From contig RDEW01000012.1 of NCBI GenBank assembly GCA_011109175.1, positions 516,762 through 580,761 of the forward strand: 64,000 bases of DNA, in the 5' to 3' direction. Source of the stretch: Dicyema japonicum. Taxonomy: Eukaryota > Animalia > Dicyemida. The notes below the pieces were generated by a model. That model saw only the letters and a list, made by a program, of their open reading frames with translations, did no database searches and was not told the origin of the DNA. A program made the position numbers and the translations under genes. The stretch's first letter is position 1. Every line of letters begins with the position of its first letter. Shown piece after piece: positions 25,400-38,353 of this stretch.

Positions 25400-26677
25400 T
25401 ATGCACACGTGGACTCAATGTGCACTGTTATTTGTGGTGAGACATCATTGTTTACTGTGAAAGGACACAGCTGCTGATACAAGTGCGTACTTGATTAAAT
25501 TAAAATTAATTCCGTGATAGTTCGAGCATCACCTTCACCGACCCCCACCGATTAGTCACTATATTATTGAGCACGTGTTCACAATAATGATAGGTTCATG
25601 TACTCTAAATCTGAGGTTGAGTGGTTTTGTGATAATTGCAAGTAAATAAATAACTGATATTATCGTCCTCACATCACCAATGTCCTCCCCCATTGAGAAT
25701 ACCACTGAGTAGGCCTAAAAATCTTTGTCGATGAGTTCATAAAAGCCACTAGGGTGGGCGAACTACGGATTGGGTCAATAAATATACGGCATGCTGGAAT
25801 TCTGTTGTAATAGAATATTCTCAATTTCTCTGGTGGAATCAATAATTGATCCAGAACGTTGGCATCTGACATAAAACGATAAGTTAATTACAGCTAGTCT
25901 AAGCATGTATTTGACTTAACTTTGTAGTTTTAATCTCCCGTCTTTCTGCCTCATTCAGTTAAGTCATTTATGCATAGAATAATAATATCAATAGGCTTAA
26001 CTCCCCCAAGCTTAATTTGATGGGAATTAAGGCACTTTTTTAAAACCAGGCAATCTAACGACATGATTGTTAATCCATGTCTCTAAAAGATTAATAATGG
26101 TGATCAATGTCCACCAGGCTGTTGATCCCCACCAAGGCAGACGGGATTCAATTTAGACCTTGGTGCGTTAGATGTTTCTTATGTTAAAAAGGGTTTCCGA
26201 TGTTTCCCAAGTCCACTAAAATGGGAATGAAATATCCACCTTGAAGAAAAGCAGACATATAGAGTACTATATTGCACCAGACCTACACCACCAGCTCAAC
26301 CTTTGGACTATGGGTAACCGTTCTGGGTGATCGAAATCTCTATAATATTAAAAGATGGGATTCATCCGACTGGTCTCCAGCCTGGTGGACATATTAGAAA
26401 TTTCGTCATTACCAAAGAGAGCCGGTTCATGATTATGCTGGAGCTTAAAAAATCTCAATAATAAAGCGTTAGTCTGATAAACCCTAATAGTGGAGATTCG
26501 GACGATGAGACTAGTCGTTGTGCCCCCTGAACAACAACCTATCTCCCATATAGGTCCACCAGCCTGATTGATCTCCTCATATGTCCACATAGTTCTATTT
26601 CTTTTAACCCCAGCCTCACTAAATTGTGTTCCTTTAGTTGCCAGATAAAAACTTCCCCGCGTGAATGTGAACAACAT
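25400..26677 (-). CDS. Probable multi-exon gene of unknown function
   Basis: ATG at 26677 after an AT-rich gap; open segments 26348-26677 and 25669-25872; structure unresolved. Confidence 0.3.
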
Positions 26678-26768
26678 GGAAAATTATTTAAAGAGTGGGG
26701 GGTAAAAAAACGTTTAATTACTAGTAAAATGAGATATTCAAACAGGTACCACAAATAAATAATAAAAT

Positions 26769-27450
26769 TCAATAATAGTCATCTCTAAACTTAACGAAGG
26801 GTAACTGAATGGGAAGGAGCCCACGATCCTGCGCCAAGGCCAGATGTATCTCCAATTCCTTGTACTGCTTCAAACAAAGTCCTACGAATTAAAGGCAAAC
26901 TCACCCACTTTGCGGATCGGCAACAAACGGAGTGAGTTTGGGCATATAAACTCTTCCAAAAGCCGCCAATTCTAAAATAAGTAAGAAAGAGACTTCAAAG
27001 TGAACAACGAGTTTGTTATCGCGACAAAGAGGACATGGGAATCCAGTATTGTACTTTCCAAGTCTCTTAAGGGTCACCCAAAGGATTACAACGCATGAGA
27101 TGGATGGGAGTCTCATATTGGGGTTATTTCGTCTGTAGTAGAACCAGATAGGCTTTCCCATGTAGTTGTCCTCGAATTCTGTAAAATATTTAAAGTAGAA
27201 AACCTTCACTGTCGAGGTAAAGTTGAGAATCTATCAAAGAAACGGGGACATATGGCTTCTTTTTTACATTGGGCCATTTTAATGAGAGATTTAGGTTGAA
27301 TTTATCGACTTGGCTGGTCATGGCAGCTACAGACCGTTGTTTGTTGAATAATTCCTTTCGGGCTCTATCATTTTCCAATTGGACAGAATCCACTATTATG
27401 CTCGATTTTGGAAGGATTGAGACACGTTGAGACAACCTAAGGAGTCCCAT
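26769..27450 (-). CDS. MRPS18B: Mitochondrial ribosomal protein S18b (mS40), 5 exons
   Basis: YLDSE|EFEDNYMGKPIWFYYRRN..GFPCPLCRDNKLVVHFE|NWRLLEEFIC..GLCLKQYKEL..AQDRGLL; 22-25 nt introns. Confidence 0.9.
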
Positions 27451-28876
27451 TTTAAATTAAATATATTATTATTAAATAAAATCAATGTATTTAATTAATC
27501 TTTTATTGTTAGCCGGTTGAAGATTTCTCTTGTGGTTGCTTGGTTGAAGATTTCTCTTGCTTTCTTTTGTTCTTATAAGATGCCGTCATATGATCAACTT
27601 GTCTCAGGTGGCTCCAGTGCCAGGATAATTTTTCCCACAGTTCATTGGAAGTGTTCCCACAACAGCGAGACTTTTACGTTTATCTCCTTTCTGTTGATTA
27701 TGGGTGTACTTGTGTGGCATTTGAAGGACTCTGCTTATACGGGGGCTATATGAAAAGAAGACATAGAATTAGCGTACGAGTAGTACATCGAGCCATGCAT
27801 TTCTTAGGCATGCATTTCATGGGGACCTTCTGGACAAATACCTAGAAGACAGCATCAATCAGAAAAAGGGAGTACAGAATGACTGAGCGGTGTATTTTTG
27901 GAAAGAATTGCCATTAAACAATTCTTCTGGGATTTCTGATTCGTAAAAACCGTGAGATCTATCATCAACACGACTTTATTTCGGTTTTTCGGCCAGTATG
28001 GGATTTTGTGTACTCGAGGGAACAACGGGCCAAGATGAGGGCGTTACTCAAATGAGTTCGGTCACATGACTAGTTAGCTTGCTTTGTCCCATTTTTTTTA
28101 TTTCCTTCATTCCATGGAGAGGGTTCACGAGTCCTGTACACGATTCTCCTTGTAAGTTTAGGACATTTTTCAAAGTTAATATTGAATCACCTATATTTTT
28201 TCTCAGTAGGCTAATGTCAAAGAAAGTGATTATTTTCTTCCATCCTCAGGCACGTTTAAATGATACAAGACTCCCAATTTTGAACCGACAACTTCTAAAA
28301 TGTGTGAAATTATAAAAATCAATCATAAATATGAGATCTTGCATGCTAGAGTTTGCAATGCTATCTTATTGATAAATTCATTAAAATGACTTTGAATGCT
28401 GAGCTATTTTTCTAATGACTTTTTCTGTAAGTTCTCCAATTTAGCAAAATATTGTTTTTTTTATGTGGAACTGTTAACAGTTTATCCCTGTTAACATTAA
28501 AAAAATCGATGGATAATGAAAGCATATTATCCAAAAGTGACGGTCACAGAGATCAGTCAGATAGATCTGATGCGACAGGAAGGAGAAGGGGCAGGAAGGG
28601 CACAGCGACGGCCCGGTTGTCAGGATCAACTTAAAAATAAATCTCTCTAATAAAGGTCACGTGGGTCAGTAAGGATATATTAATAATAATTTTATTTAAA
28701 TTTATGGTTTTTTAAATATTCCCCATTAATATTAGAATGTCCCCCTAGACTACCACCATAGTAGTAAACAGGGACAGTACTAACCACGTGACAATTTCTT
28801 CAATTACACCATTACTTACTTTTTTACTGTCTCCAAGGTCTGTCGGAGTTCCAACAGGTCTAGGATAACTCGAGGA

Positions 28877-29555
28877 TCAACCTCTGATGGGAGTTTCCGA
28901 AGAAACATCGGCTTCGAGTGGCCGTGAAAACACAAGCAAAAAGTCGTTGATTTCACGGATTTCATTTTGCAAGTATTTCAGCTCGTTTATCAGCAAATCT
29001 CTTAAAAATGATCCCACAGGATACCGAATGAGTTCCACGTTGTTAGAAGGATCGACTGTTTTACTGAGGGCAATCTCGCAGCTTTCATAGACCATTCTTA
29101 AATTTGCCAAATTTGTACTTGTTCCTGTCATTTTCAAGGTTTTCGTAGAATTTGAGCCATTCTGAGTTGTGTCTTTTAGTTTCTGCATAGCAAAAATCAC
29201 TACCACGTGCTATTAAAAGGGACTCAATGATTGCCACGTGTTTTTGCTGAAGGTACATGTAGAATCTAAAATTCCGACAGCCTCCAACCCAATTCCATGG
29301 AAGGAAAGGTCGTCATTCAAGTGGAGAATATCGGTCTTTAAATTTTCGACATTTTCCTGATCAGGCCATAAACTATCCACGTAGGACTGACCAAGGAAGA
29401 TTTCCTTGTATCCGTTTAACTAGAATAAGTATAAATGAGACCTCTTCAGTTAGGTCCTTGCACTGATCAAATAAGTATAAACCCACTAGAGATTCAATTT
29501 TTTCCACCAAATGGTTTGGTAAAAAAGGAGATATTCTGTCCCAAATATTTGACAT
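28877..29555 (-). CDS. CCDC24-like protein; probably extends to about 28060
   Basis: SNIWDRISPFLP..EKIESLVG..LTEE|LNGYKEIF and FLRDLLINELKYL resemble CCDC24 motifs recalled from memory; 22-nt intron 29420-29441. Confidence 0.5.
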
Positions 29556-29639
29556 TTTGATAACAAGAATTTAAAATTTTTCCCGCCATAGAAATAAATA
29601 TTTTATTTTTTTAATTAAAATTATTCCAAAGTAAAACCA

Positions 29640-30800
29640 AACTAAATAACTCCTTGATCCTGCCGCGTTCCAGCGATTTCAGAACTTGTCTTCAGGTAAC
29701 GAAATTGTTTCCTGATGGAAAGATAGTTGGATCCTTTTGATGCCACCAAGCGTTGGACGTCTCCATAGTAAGGTGGATCAAATTTGTGATTTATTAATTA
29801 TTTTTATAATTTGATCAAGAACTTACTTCAGCTCTGGTAATCCTCTAGAAGAGAATATGGAGTACACAACGTTCCGGCTCCGATAAGTTTGTTGTTAGAC
29901 CATATCTGCTTCAATTTGTTCAAGGCGGTTGAGGATAGCCTTTTTCTGTTTTTCAAGTCTTCGGCGTCCCCAAACAACAACCCAATTTTCTTACTTTCGG
30001 ACAGGTCTCGTCTTTTGGGGCATATTTTACTTGTAAACAGGTTTTTGTGTATTCATGTTTAAAAACCATTCAGAGAATACATTTGTCAGTACTTCTAATA
30101 TGTCTTCACAAATATAGTCTATATAATAGATAATATCTGTTGCATTCGGCTGGAGTTTCTTTAAGACAGCCTCCTAATTTATTATGAACAGGATTGGAAA
30201 CAGTTAATCTTTGGGAAACGTGAAAATATTGGATATAGAGGCGGGTCCAGCAACTTGGTTTAGAATCTTTTCGAGAACCTTCATCAGTTTGTTCTTATTA
30301 ACCTCGAAATGTCTATAATATTTGCGTTCTGTATTTTTGGCACATCGTTGTACACAAGAATTGAGACTCCGTTTAGGAATTTTTGGGTCGAGAGAAAAAA
30401 GCTCACATTGTTGATAGGCTTTGTGGTTTTTTTGGCAAAAAACAACACACTGCTCACAAGTTGTTTAAAAATTGAGGGGATCCAAACGTGACGTAAAATA
30501 TATTTACTGCGTTCCTGCAAGGAATTTTTCGTTATTCCTGCGTTCTTGCAGAAAAGAAATACGATGAGTTCCTCGGTGACATTATCCACTGTCAGAATAA
30601 TAGTAAGGGTTGACTGAAGCGAATTCAATACTTTCCTTATCGACAATCCCACATTTACAAACTGAAATCACTAAAAATTGCCTTAAATCGAATATTTTTC
30701 TTACTAGTCTATTGTCCGAAATGAATAAAGAGGTGATAGACTTTTCGAGCTCTTGACCACTCACGTAGTCAACCCAAGTGTTTATCCATCTAGTCGGGGA
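29640..30800 (-). CDS. Probable multi-exon gene of unknown function
   Basis: In-frame segments such as KNKLMKVLEKILNQVAGPASISNIFTFPKD|EAVLKKLQPNATDIIYYIDYICEDIL.. separated by GT-AG micro-introns. Confidence 0.4.
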
Positions 30801-31058
30801 TTATGTCCAGATCGCTTGAAGTCAGGATGATATCATCGGTGTATGCATTAATGTAGCAAGGTCAATTGGGAGAGCATTGATCGCTGGCGCACCATTAGAG
30901 AGAAACCGTAAAGTTGACGCTAATTTTAACGGCAAACGCGTCCCCCGACCGCTACGGAACAAAAACTCTTAAATTTTTTGGTTCAAAAGGAAGACAGGGA
31001 CTTTCACCTCCTCAGCAAATTAAGTAATTTTATTGTTAATTCATGTTAATACCAATTA

Positions 31059-32245
31059 TTACTTCTTTTTTCCTTTTCTTTTGGCGCCTTTTTTATTTTT
31101 GATTTCAATGGTCTTCCCAATCTTATATGCTCTCCAAAATGCCTGAATCACGGTGGCCGCTTCCACCTTCAACTTCATTTCCCGTTCCTTCGCCTGTGCT
31201 TCTTCTTTTAGCCTCTCTTGAATGTCTGCTATTGGATTATATTCTATCCTCAGTTCATCAAGCGTATTCTGAAGACTGTCATGTTCCTTCTTTTCCAGCC
31301 TATAGACCTCGTCAATTTCATCAATTTGGTCCTTTAATCCTAAAGCACCCACAAACCTGCAATTCAGTCATCTTTTCGTCATATTCCTGAATCAATGCCT
31401 CAATCTCACTCTCAACTTTGTACTTTTTCTATAATAATCGGAAATCAAAACCGATCTGCATTCCTGCTCTGTTACCCTGTGTTCCTTCAGTGACTGAGCC
31501 AAAATGTGATTTTCAGTTTCCAATTCTTTCTCCAATTTTTCTGTCTTTTTTGACATATCCGACTTTTCGACGTCGCACTGCATCTCCGAGTCGACTGTTA
31601 TCTTCCGAATGTACTCGTCAGATGTTTTCTGAATATTTTCCAGATTAGCTTGGAGATGTCTTATTGTCATGTCTTTCTTCTTCAACTACAAACTAATACT
31701 TTTCATCAAACCTCATTTTCCTTTTCGCTTTTCAAATATTCGACTTCTTTTCGCAGCCTTCCCAACAACTGCTTGTCAGTCTCCATTTTGTTTTCTAGTT
31801 TTGTCAGAGTCGACGTTCTCCGACTTTCCTCTGAGGCAGAAAGGAGAAGTCTTTCCACCATAAATTCCAAAAAGTGTTCGAAATTTGTGATGAATTTAGA
31901 TTTTGTCGAGTTTTTGTCAAGAAATAGTAGAATTTCTTTATTATTCAAGACCTCCCGAATAATGCTTTTATAGGAAAATGAAATGGCCTCAGTCATTGGT
32001 GGAGAGTTTTCTGTGGGCCCTCCTTTGTAGTGATCCAAGAGTTGTAGGTGGTTGTTTAATAGAGAGGCCAGTTTCTCTGGGAGGTCCAACTTACGTAAAA
32101 GATCTAAATTCTCGGCAATCTTGCATTTTTGGATGAGACTTTGTAGTATTTCTACCACTTTTTGTGATCCAATAAAATCCATCTTCCGCTGTCCAATATT
32201 CAAAATAGATTTAAGGAATAAAATATCTTTAACATCATCATTCAA
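31059..32245 (-). CDS. IQCD: Dynein regulatory complex subunit 10 (IQ motif containing D); start uncertain
   Basis: Long coiled coil, RFKVESEIEALIQEYDEKM, C-terminal IQ motif AATVIQAFWRAY and a basic tail; three micro-introns. Confidence 0.75.
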
Positions 32246-32599
32246 GTAAGGATATCCACATCCATTGAGGTATTACCCAACTGAGCCATATATTACGATA
32301 ATGGTTGCTAGGACACAAAACCATTACAAGTTATAAGGTTCCTTTCTTTTGTTGTTCACAGTCTTATAAATCGTCATTTACAAAACACAACTAAATTGTC
32401 TAAAATTAAAAATCTACACATTAATAAATAATGTCACAGTCCATACATGCGAGATTCATCACAAAATATAAAAAAAATTTCTTAGTAAAACTATCATTGG
32501 AAAAAAATATTAATAATATTAAAATTACATGTAGTACATATTTTTATTTAAAATATTAATTATAAAACATGTATCCAGTGAACCTAACACGCGATAACT

Positions 32600-33700
32600 T
32601 GGAAAAAATTAGGATCTACTATGTAACTGGTAAGATCGGCCTGACTGAAGAGAACGGGCAAAAATTAAAAGATGTGCCGAACAATTCATTTTCAAAGATT
32701 TGAAACCCTACATTATAAAAATGGTATAGAACTGAGATACTTTTGTCTTGAAGAAGCAGAACATAAAGAAAAATACATTGAAGTTTTATATCATCCAATT
32801 TATATTAGGCTCAACATAATCACTTTGGACGAGATAATTGTATAGTAATTTTAGTCAAAACGATTGCTTGCAACTAAACCTGAAATTACGCCAATCATTG
32901 CTTATGCTCCAAGAGATCGGTACATTGTAGATCTTGTTGATTTACGTCGATATTATTCTCATAATGAAAACTATTCTCGGGTAATAAGTTTGCAATATAT
33001 TTATCAGATTATGGTTCTTATAGACCCATTTTCTAAATTTGCTGTTGCTGAAAGTGCCTCACCAAATCTGGAATTGAGATATCCAGAATTATAAAGAATA
33101 TTTTTTTATTGGACCGCCTATTATCCTACATACGGATAATGGCAAAGGATTCAAAAATTAGCACATGCAGAGATTGCAATAAATTTGCCATTTCGCATGT
33201 TACAGGACGTCCACGAGCGCCTTGGATTCAAGTACAAGTAGAACGATTTTTGTTTTTTTATCTAATAGATTTAACCAATCAATTAAAAAATGGGTTTCTT
33301 CCACGAGTTCATCCAAGGGAAAATTTTGAAAGTTATATTGACTTCATAAAAGACATTGTACGGTATTATAATAGATCAAACCATCATAGAACAGAACAGC
33401 GTTTTTAGAGATTTTCTACAGCGTCAATCTGGATAAAAAATACGATCAGGAAAAAATAGAATCGTTATTGAATTTTTCCGGCGAAGATGAAGAGCCAATA
33501 GAATTTTCATCCTTGCATAATTTAGAAGAAGAACGAAAAATTGCTCTTGAAAATCTAATAAAGTCAGACGAAAGATGAAATAACGCCGAAGATGGAAATA
33601 CGATGAACTGAATTCAGGAGATGAAATTCTATTTTTATTGAAAATTATGAATCTCGCATGTAGGGCTTCTAGCATGTATGGACTGTGACAAATAATATAC
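32600..33700 (+). mobile_element. Degenerate Ginger/GIN-like rve integrase gene with micro-introns
   Basis: PIIAYAPRDRYIVDLVDLRRY..ENYSR|IMVLIDPFSKF..DNGK..HVTGRPRAP..QVER|FNQSIKKW..YYN..H; no RT or LTR nearby; TIRs not found. Confidence 0.8.
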
Positions 33701-33760
33701 ATCTCCAGCTAATAGTTAGCTAAAAGGAGTTTGTTGTCCTTCACATAAACAACATCTTCG

Positions 33761-36300
33761 TTATTATTATTATAGGGACGTACGCGATGCCAAGATCATG
33801 ACAAAGCATGTCCAACACGAAAAGTTTACAATCTAATTAACGTCCCCCATCTTTTTCGATCCGTTGCTATGTTCTGTAGTATATCTAGATCATCCCTATC
33901 TTTAAGGCACTTTCCAATCCTCCTGAGATCCTCATCTAGAATAACCGGCAGTGTTGTCCTCGGTCGGCCACGGAAGCGAGAAGCTTCTAAGACAAAATAC
34001 TCCTCCATTGCTATGTTGGCAGGGGTCCCCATATCGTGGCGGATTATGTGTCCAAAGAGCCTCCATCTTGAATCAGTAATATCACATGATGTTGGCTCAG
34101 TTCCTGTTCTCTTGTATAAGAATTTGGACGGCATTTTGAAAAAGCTTCGAGAAGAAAGGAGTGCTCGGAGATGTTTTCTGTGAAAAGAATTCAACTTTTC
34201 GAGTTCCTGCCCTGTACATGACCATGTACCGGCATTATATAATAGGATTGGCCTCACTAGGGCATTGTATAGTCTCATTTGAGGTTTAGGGTCAAGCCCT
34301 TTGTGCAGAAGTCAGGTCTTCTTCATTTTGTTGAAAGCGACATTAGTTAGTGCCTTCCTTCGTGCTGTATCCTCGGTGTCACCGAGAAAGGATCCTAGCT
34401 TTTTGATCTAAGCCAGTCCTCCTCGGTCCTTTCCTCACTTTTTTTAGCTCCGTGATTTCGGTTTTGTTTTTATTTACTTTTAATGACCATTCAGCCACTT
34501 TATGAGGCAATTTCTCCAAAAATGCAATTAACTCTTCTTTGTTATTCGAAATAAAGTCCACGTCATCCGCATATGCTCGTTCCTTCTCCGATATGAGGCT
34601 TCAAGTCTCGTAGAGCTGCCTCCAAATAAATAATAAACAAAATCGGTGATAATGGATCTTTTTGAGGGGTACCAATTGTCGTTTCAAATGTCCTCGATAA
34701 AGCTTTCCCAGTCCTGACCATCAAACTTGTGTCCGTCAGGAGTGTCCTGACTATCCTAATCGTTGAGCCCTCCAAGAAGTGCTCCAGTATTTGCAGCAGC
34801 TTGTTCCTATTGACGGAATCAAAGGCCTTTGACACATCAATCCCCAGAATGGTTGTCGTTATTTTAAATTTTTGAACAGTCGCACTTCTCCATTAGTGGC
34901 TCCATATAACATCTGACGTAGATCTCCCTTTGCGGAAGCCACTTCGATAAGCCACATGTACGAGTCTAGGCGTTGTTTTCTTTCTTCATCTCGAACAGTC
35001 AGTGTTTTCCTTGGTAGTTTTCTGATTTGTCCGACAGTTTCATAAAACTTCGTATTGTCTTTAAGGCCTTCGATTTATTCTATTTTTGTTATTGTTTCGT
35101 TCTTTAATATCCGACGTGCAGCTTTTCTTATTTTCTTTTTGATGACTGTTCTTTCCTTTGTAGCCGATGTTTCGTATTTTAGTCATCTGCATTTGTTATT
35201 TTTTCAGTGGGTGTATTAGTTACGTAGTCCTCTATTAGATATCCGCAGCAATCATGATCTTCTGTTTGACCAAGGTCCACGCAATTTGCGGTGCCAAATC
35301 TACTGATATTTCTTCCAATCCCTCATCCAGGTATTTTTTGAATTCCTCTCCCTGGATAGTATTGTTCTTTAGATGGTCTATAACGTATCCCTTCCCTCGG
35401 AGTTCCGTGTGTCCATTGCACTTTCTTTTTATTCCTTGCAAACCCATAAGTTTCTTTAAGGACATTTTGGCAATAACCATCTTGTGATCGCTGTCAATTA
35501 TAGACCCTTCATAAGCACAGGCATCAGTGACAACACTGCGGTCTTTTTGTCTGCAAATAATGTAGTCTATTTGATTGTAGATTTTCGCAATGCTTCCGTC
35601 AGACTTAGATCTATTGCCTGACCAAGTTGTCATGTGTCTTGCCGAGTGCATAAAGGCTGTGTTACAATTGAATAGATTATTTCATTGACAAAAGCTAGCT
35701 AACAAGGTTCCTGCAATGTTCCTTTTTCCCTTCCATGTCTTCCAATGAATGATTCTTTTATAGTGATTCGATTTCCAACTTTTTCATTAAGATCACCGGC
35801 AATCAATATTAATGTGGAATTTGCATAATTGGAATAAACATCAGACAGATTCGCATAAAAGTCGTCAATCTCCTCGGGTTTCTTTGATCCATCCACTATG
35901 TGGAGCATATGCGTTAATAATAGTAAGATAACTCTTCGGAGAGTTATGATCGTCCAATGTTATTTGTAAAATCCCAATCCTTTCATTGATAGTCCAGTAA
36001 CGGTATATGCGCCGGAGTAGGTCCTTTCTTAAACGAATCCAAGTCCGTAATGTTTTGATCCCCCAGAGAGAAAGATTAACTGAAACTTTCCGTGTTGTTC
36101 TTCAAACTCCTTCGATACTTTTGTCTCTTAGAGACATCCGATTGATATTTATATTTTGAAAGGTTCTCACAAAGTTCTTTTCTTTTCCATGAACTAGAGT
36201 CCTCTGACATCGAACGTTAAAAAAGTCAGTTAGATTGAGTTTTCGTGTTTTTCAGACATACTTTTCAAGAGGGACGTCACCACCTCAACCCATCCTAGTT
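33761..36300 (-). mobile_element. Near-complete degenerate RTE-clade LINE (APE+RT)
   Basis: APE (TFDVRGL..ETK; NQIDYII..SDHKMV), RT (SKAFDSVNR; GTPQ..LSPILF; AYADDV), RLYNALVRPILLY..GRPRTT; (TAA)n tail at 33761-33772. Confidence 0.9.
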
Positions 36301-36317
36301 AAAAAAACGTAAAACTA

Positions 36318-37900
36318 TTATTTAAAAATTCTCTGGAGGCTAAACCACGCAGAGGAAATGCGTGGAATGTCCCGTACAGCGCCGCTCTTTTCTTGGCGGA
36401 ATCTTGCGGAATTTTCGATTTTTTTGTTCACCAGAGCCTGTTCCTTAGCACCTTGGTATCTTCTCCTAGTGCCCATTTGGTTTTCAGTGAGTAGATCAAA
36501 TGCTTCCGTATAGTCAGTTAGCTTCATCTTAATGTATTTCGTCATGAGTTTATATAACGATGGCATGAATGTAATCGGGCGGAAATCTTTTGGAGACTCA
36601 GGGGCAGTACATTTTGCAATCAAGTAAGTGAGTCCAGTGAAAAACCACTCTCCAGGCACACATTCTCCTTCTATAAGTTCACTCATCACATTAAATATTG
36701 AGTCGTGCAAAGACTTGAACTTTTAATAAAAAAGTTGAAAACTCCATCGCAGCCTGGGTCTTTCCAGTTAGGCAGATATTTAATTGTTTCATTAAACTCA
36801 TTTCTATTAAATCCAACACGTACATTCTCGACGCCGGTTATTCTTTTTTCAATATTGACCCTCTCTAAACATGCACATCTTTCTTTTTCCAAAGTCTTCC
36901 CAAAAGTCTGCACATTTTTAAAATCAATAGACTCAGTAGCATTATTTGTCGTAGGGGTTAAGTTTCTGTAAAATGATCTTCTATTTAATTCGAAGTTTAG
37001 ATTATCAAGACGGAATTTTTGCGGGACTCAGATACACACAATTTCTTTTCGATAATTTTATCTTCAATGTACGAAATAATCCTCCTTCTTTCATTATGAT
37101 TTTTTTGCATCCCACTAAGGATACGCGTGGCAGGCATAGGTTTTTCCTCTGATGACAACGTCTTCATAAAAAACTTTTTTAATTAGCAAAAAAAAGGATT
37201 TCCACTTTTCGACTTTTCTACATATATTCTCATTCCATTTTGATGGCTCATTTTTTTCACTGAATAATCTGATATGTAGCTTGACCAGCATAAATAAGAG
37301 TAGAAATTTGATCCATAGAAATTATGGAGTTCTTTTTAACCCATTGGCTAATGACACAGTTCAAACACTCCAATAAGTTATTGTCAATCTTGACATAGGG
37401 AATCTTTTTGGATCGGGTCTCGAGCTTTGTTCAATTTGCTCGGCAATTATCAATTGTTCCATAAATGTGCGTCGGCAGTGATCGTAAAATTTAGGATCCA
37501 GGGACGGTGAAGACATATCAGGCTTAGAATCTGGGGTAACCTTCGAATCAAGTTCATTGCGTGATAATTGTATGCGTTCCTGGACGTATATCAGTTTTTT
37601 GAACTCAGGCATTGTTATTTCCTCTCCAAACTTAGTCTTGAACCCCTCCAAGAGAATAGCCCATCCACTTCTGGGGAACGACCCAGTCTAAAGCGCGTGC
37701 TTTCAATAACTTAGGTAGCCTATTGTTTTCGACAATCAGCTGTTGAGGAAGACATTATTGCTCGTAGAACCGGAAATTTCGTGTTGTTTTGCTGAGGACG
37801 AATCCTAGAAGCATCCGCGTCGGAAACATGTTGACAAGCTCGGTGGCCGTTCGATTTGGGTTTTCTTTACTCAATTCGGCGCAGAAGTCCGCATAATTCG
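36318..37900 (-). mobile_element. R4/NeSL-like non-LTR retrotransposon, 5' half (3'-truncated)
   Basis: LPNWKDPGCDGVFNFFIK..FTGLTYLI..PKDFRPITFMPSLYKLMT..ENQMG..QGAKEQAL. Confidence 0.85.
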
Positions 37901-37984
37901 ATGAATATAGAATATCAACAACCATTAACCAGCAACGTGTATTTATATCGAAATATTTTAATGAATCGTTTATGATAATATAAA

Positions 37985-38116
37985 TTTTTTCCCCAGTTTA
38001 TTTTTTTAAAATCATCGTATTTTATAAGAATTGCGAAAATATTTCCCCAAAAGCAAGGTTTTCCCCAAAAAAGGGTTTCCCCGCTAATCAGGTTTCCCCA
38101 ATTCGAAGTCGCACTG
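37985..38116 (-). mobile_element. pogo/Tc1-type terminus with GGGGAAA subterminal repeats
   Basis: TA|CAGTGCGACTTCGAATTGGGGAAA with at least 4 GGGGAAA units on the minus strand. Confidence 0.5.
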
Positions 38117-38353
38117 TATAATAATAATTTTGAAATTTGTACAAGACGCATTTCAGCACGCTTAAAAAAATTAAACGCCAGGTATACAAAAATTAAACAC
38201 GGCTACGCTAATTTACTTAATTTTAAGGACATATCTTTTCCCAATTAATAATATTTTTTAATTCAATCTGTGAAAAGTAACGATTTATCAGACTGTGACA
38301 TCTTGTCTCCTCAAAATGAGAATGAAATCAAATTAAAAAATCAAAAATTAAAA

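Noticed and set aside
28655-29245. Cluster of four CACGTG E-box motifs
   Set aside because: They fall within or near the CCDC24-like gene body with irregular spacing; no evidence of a regulatory array
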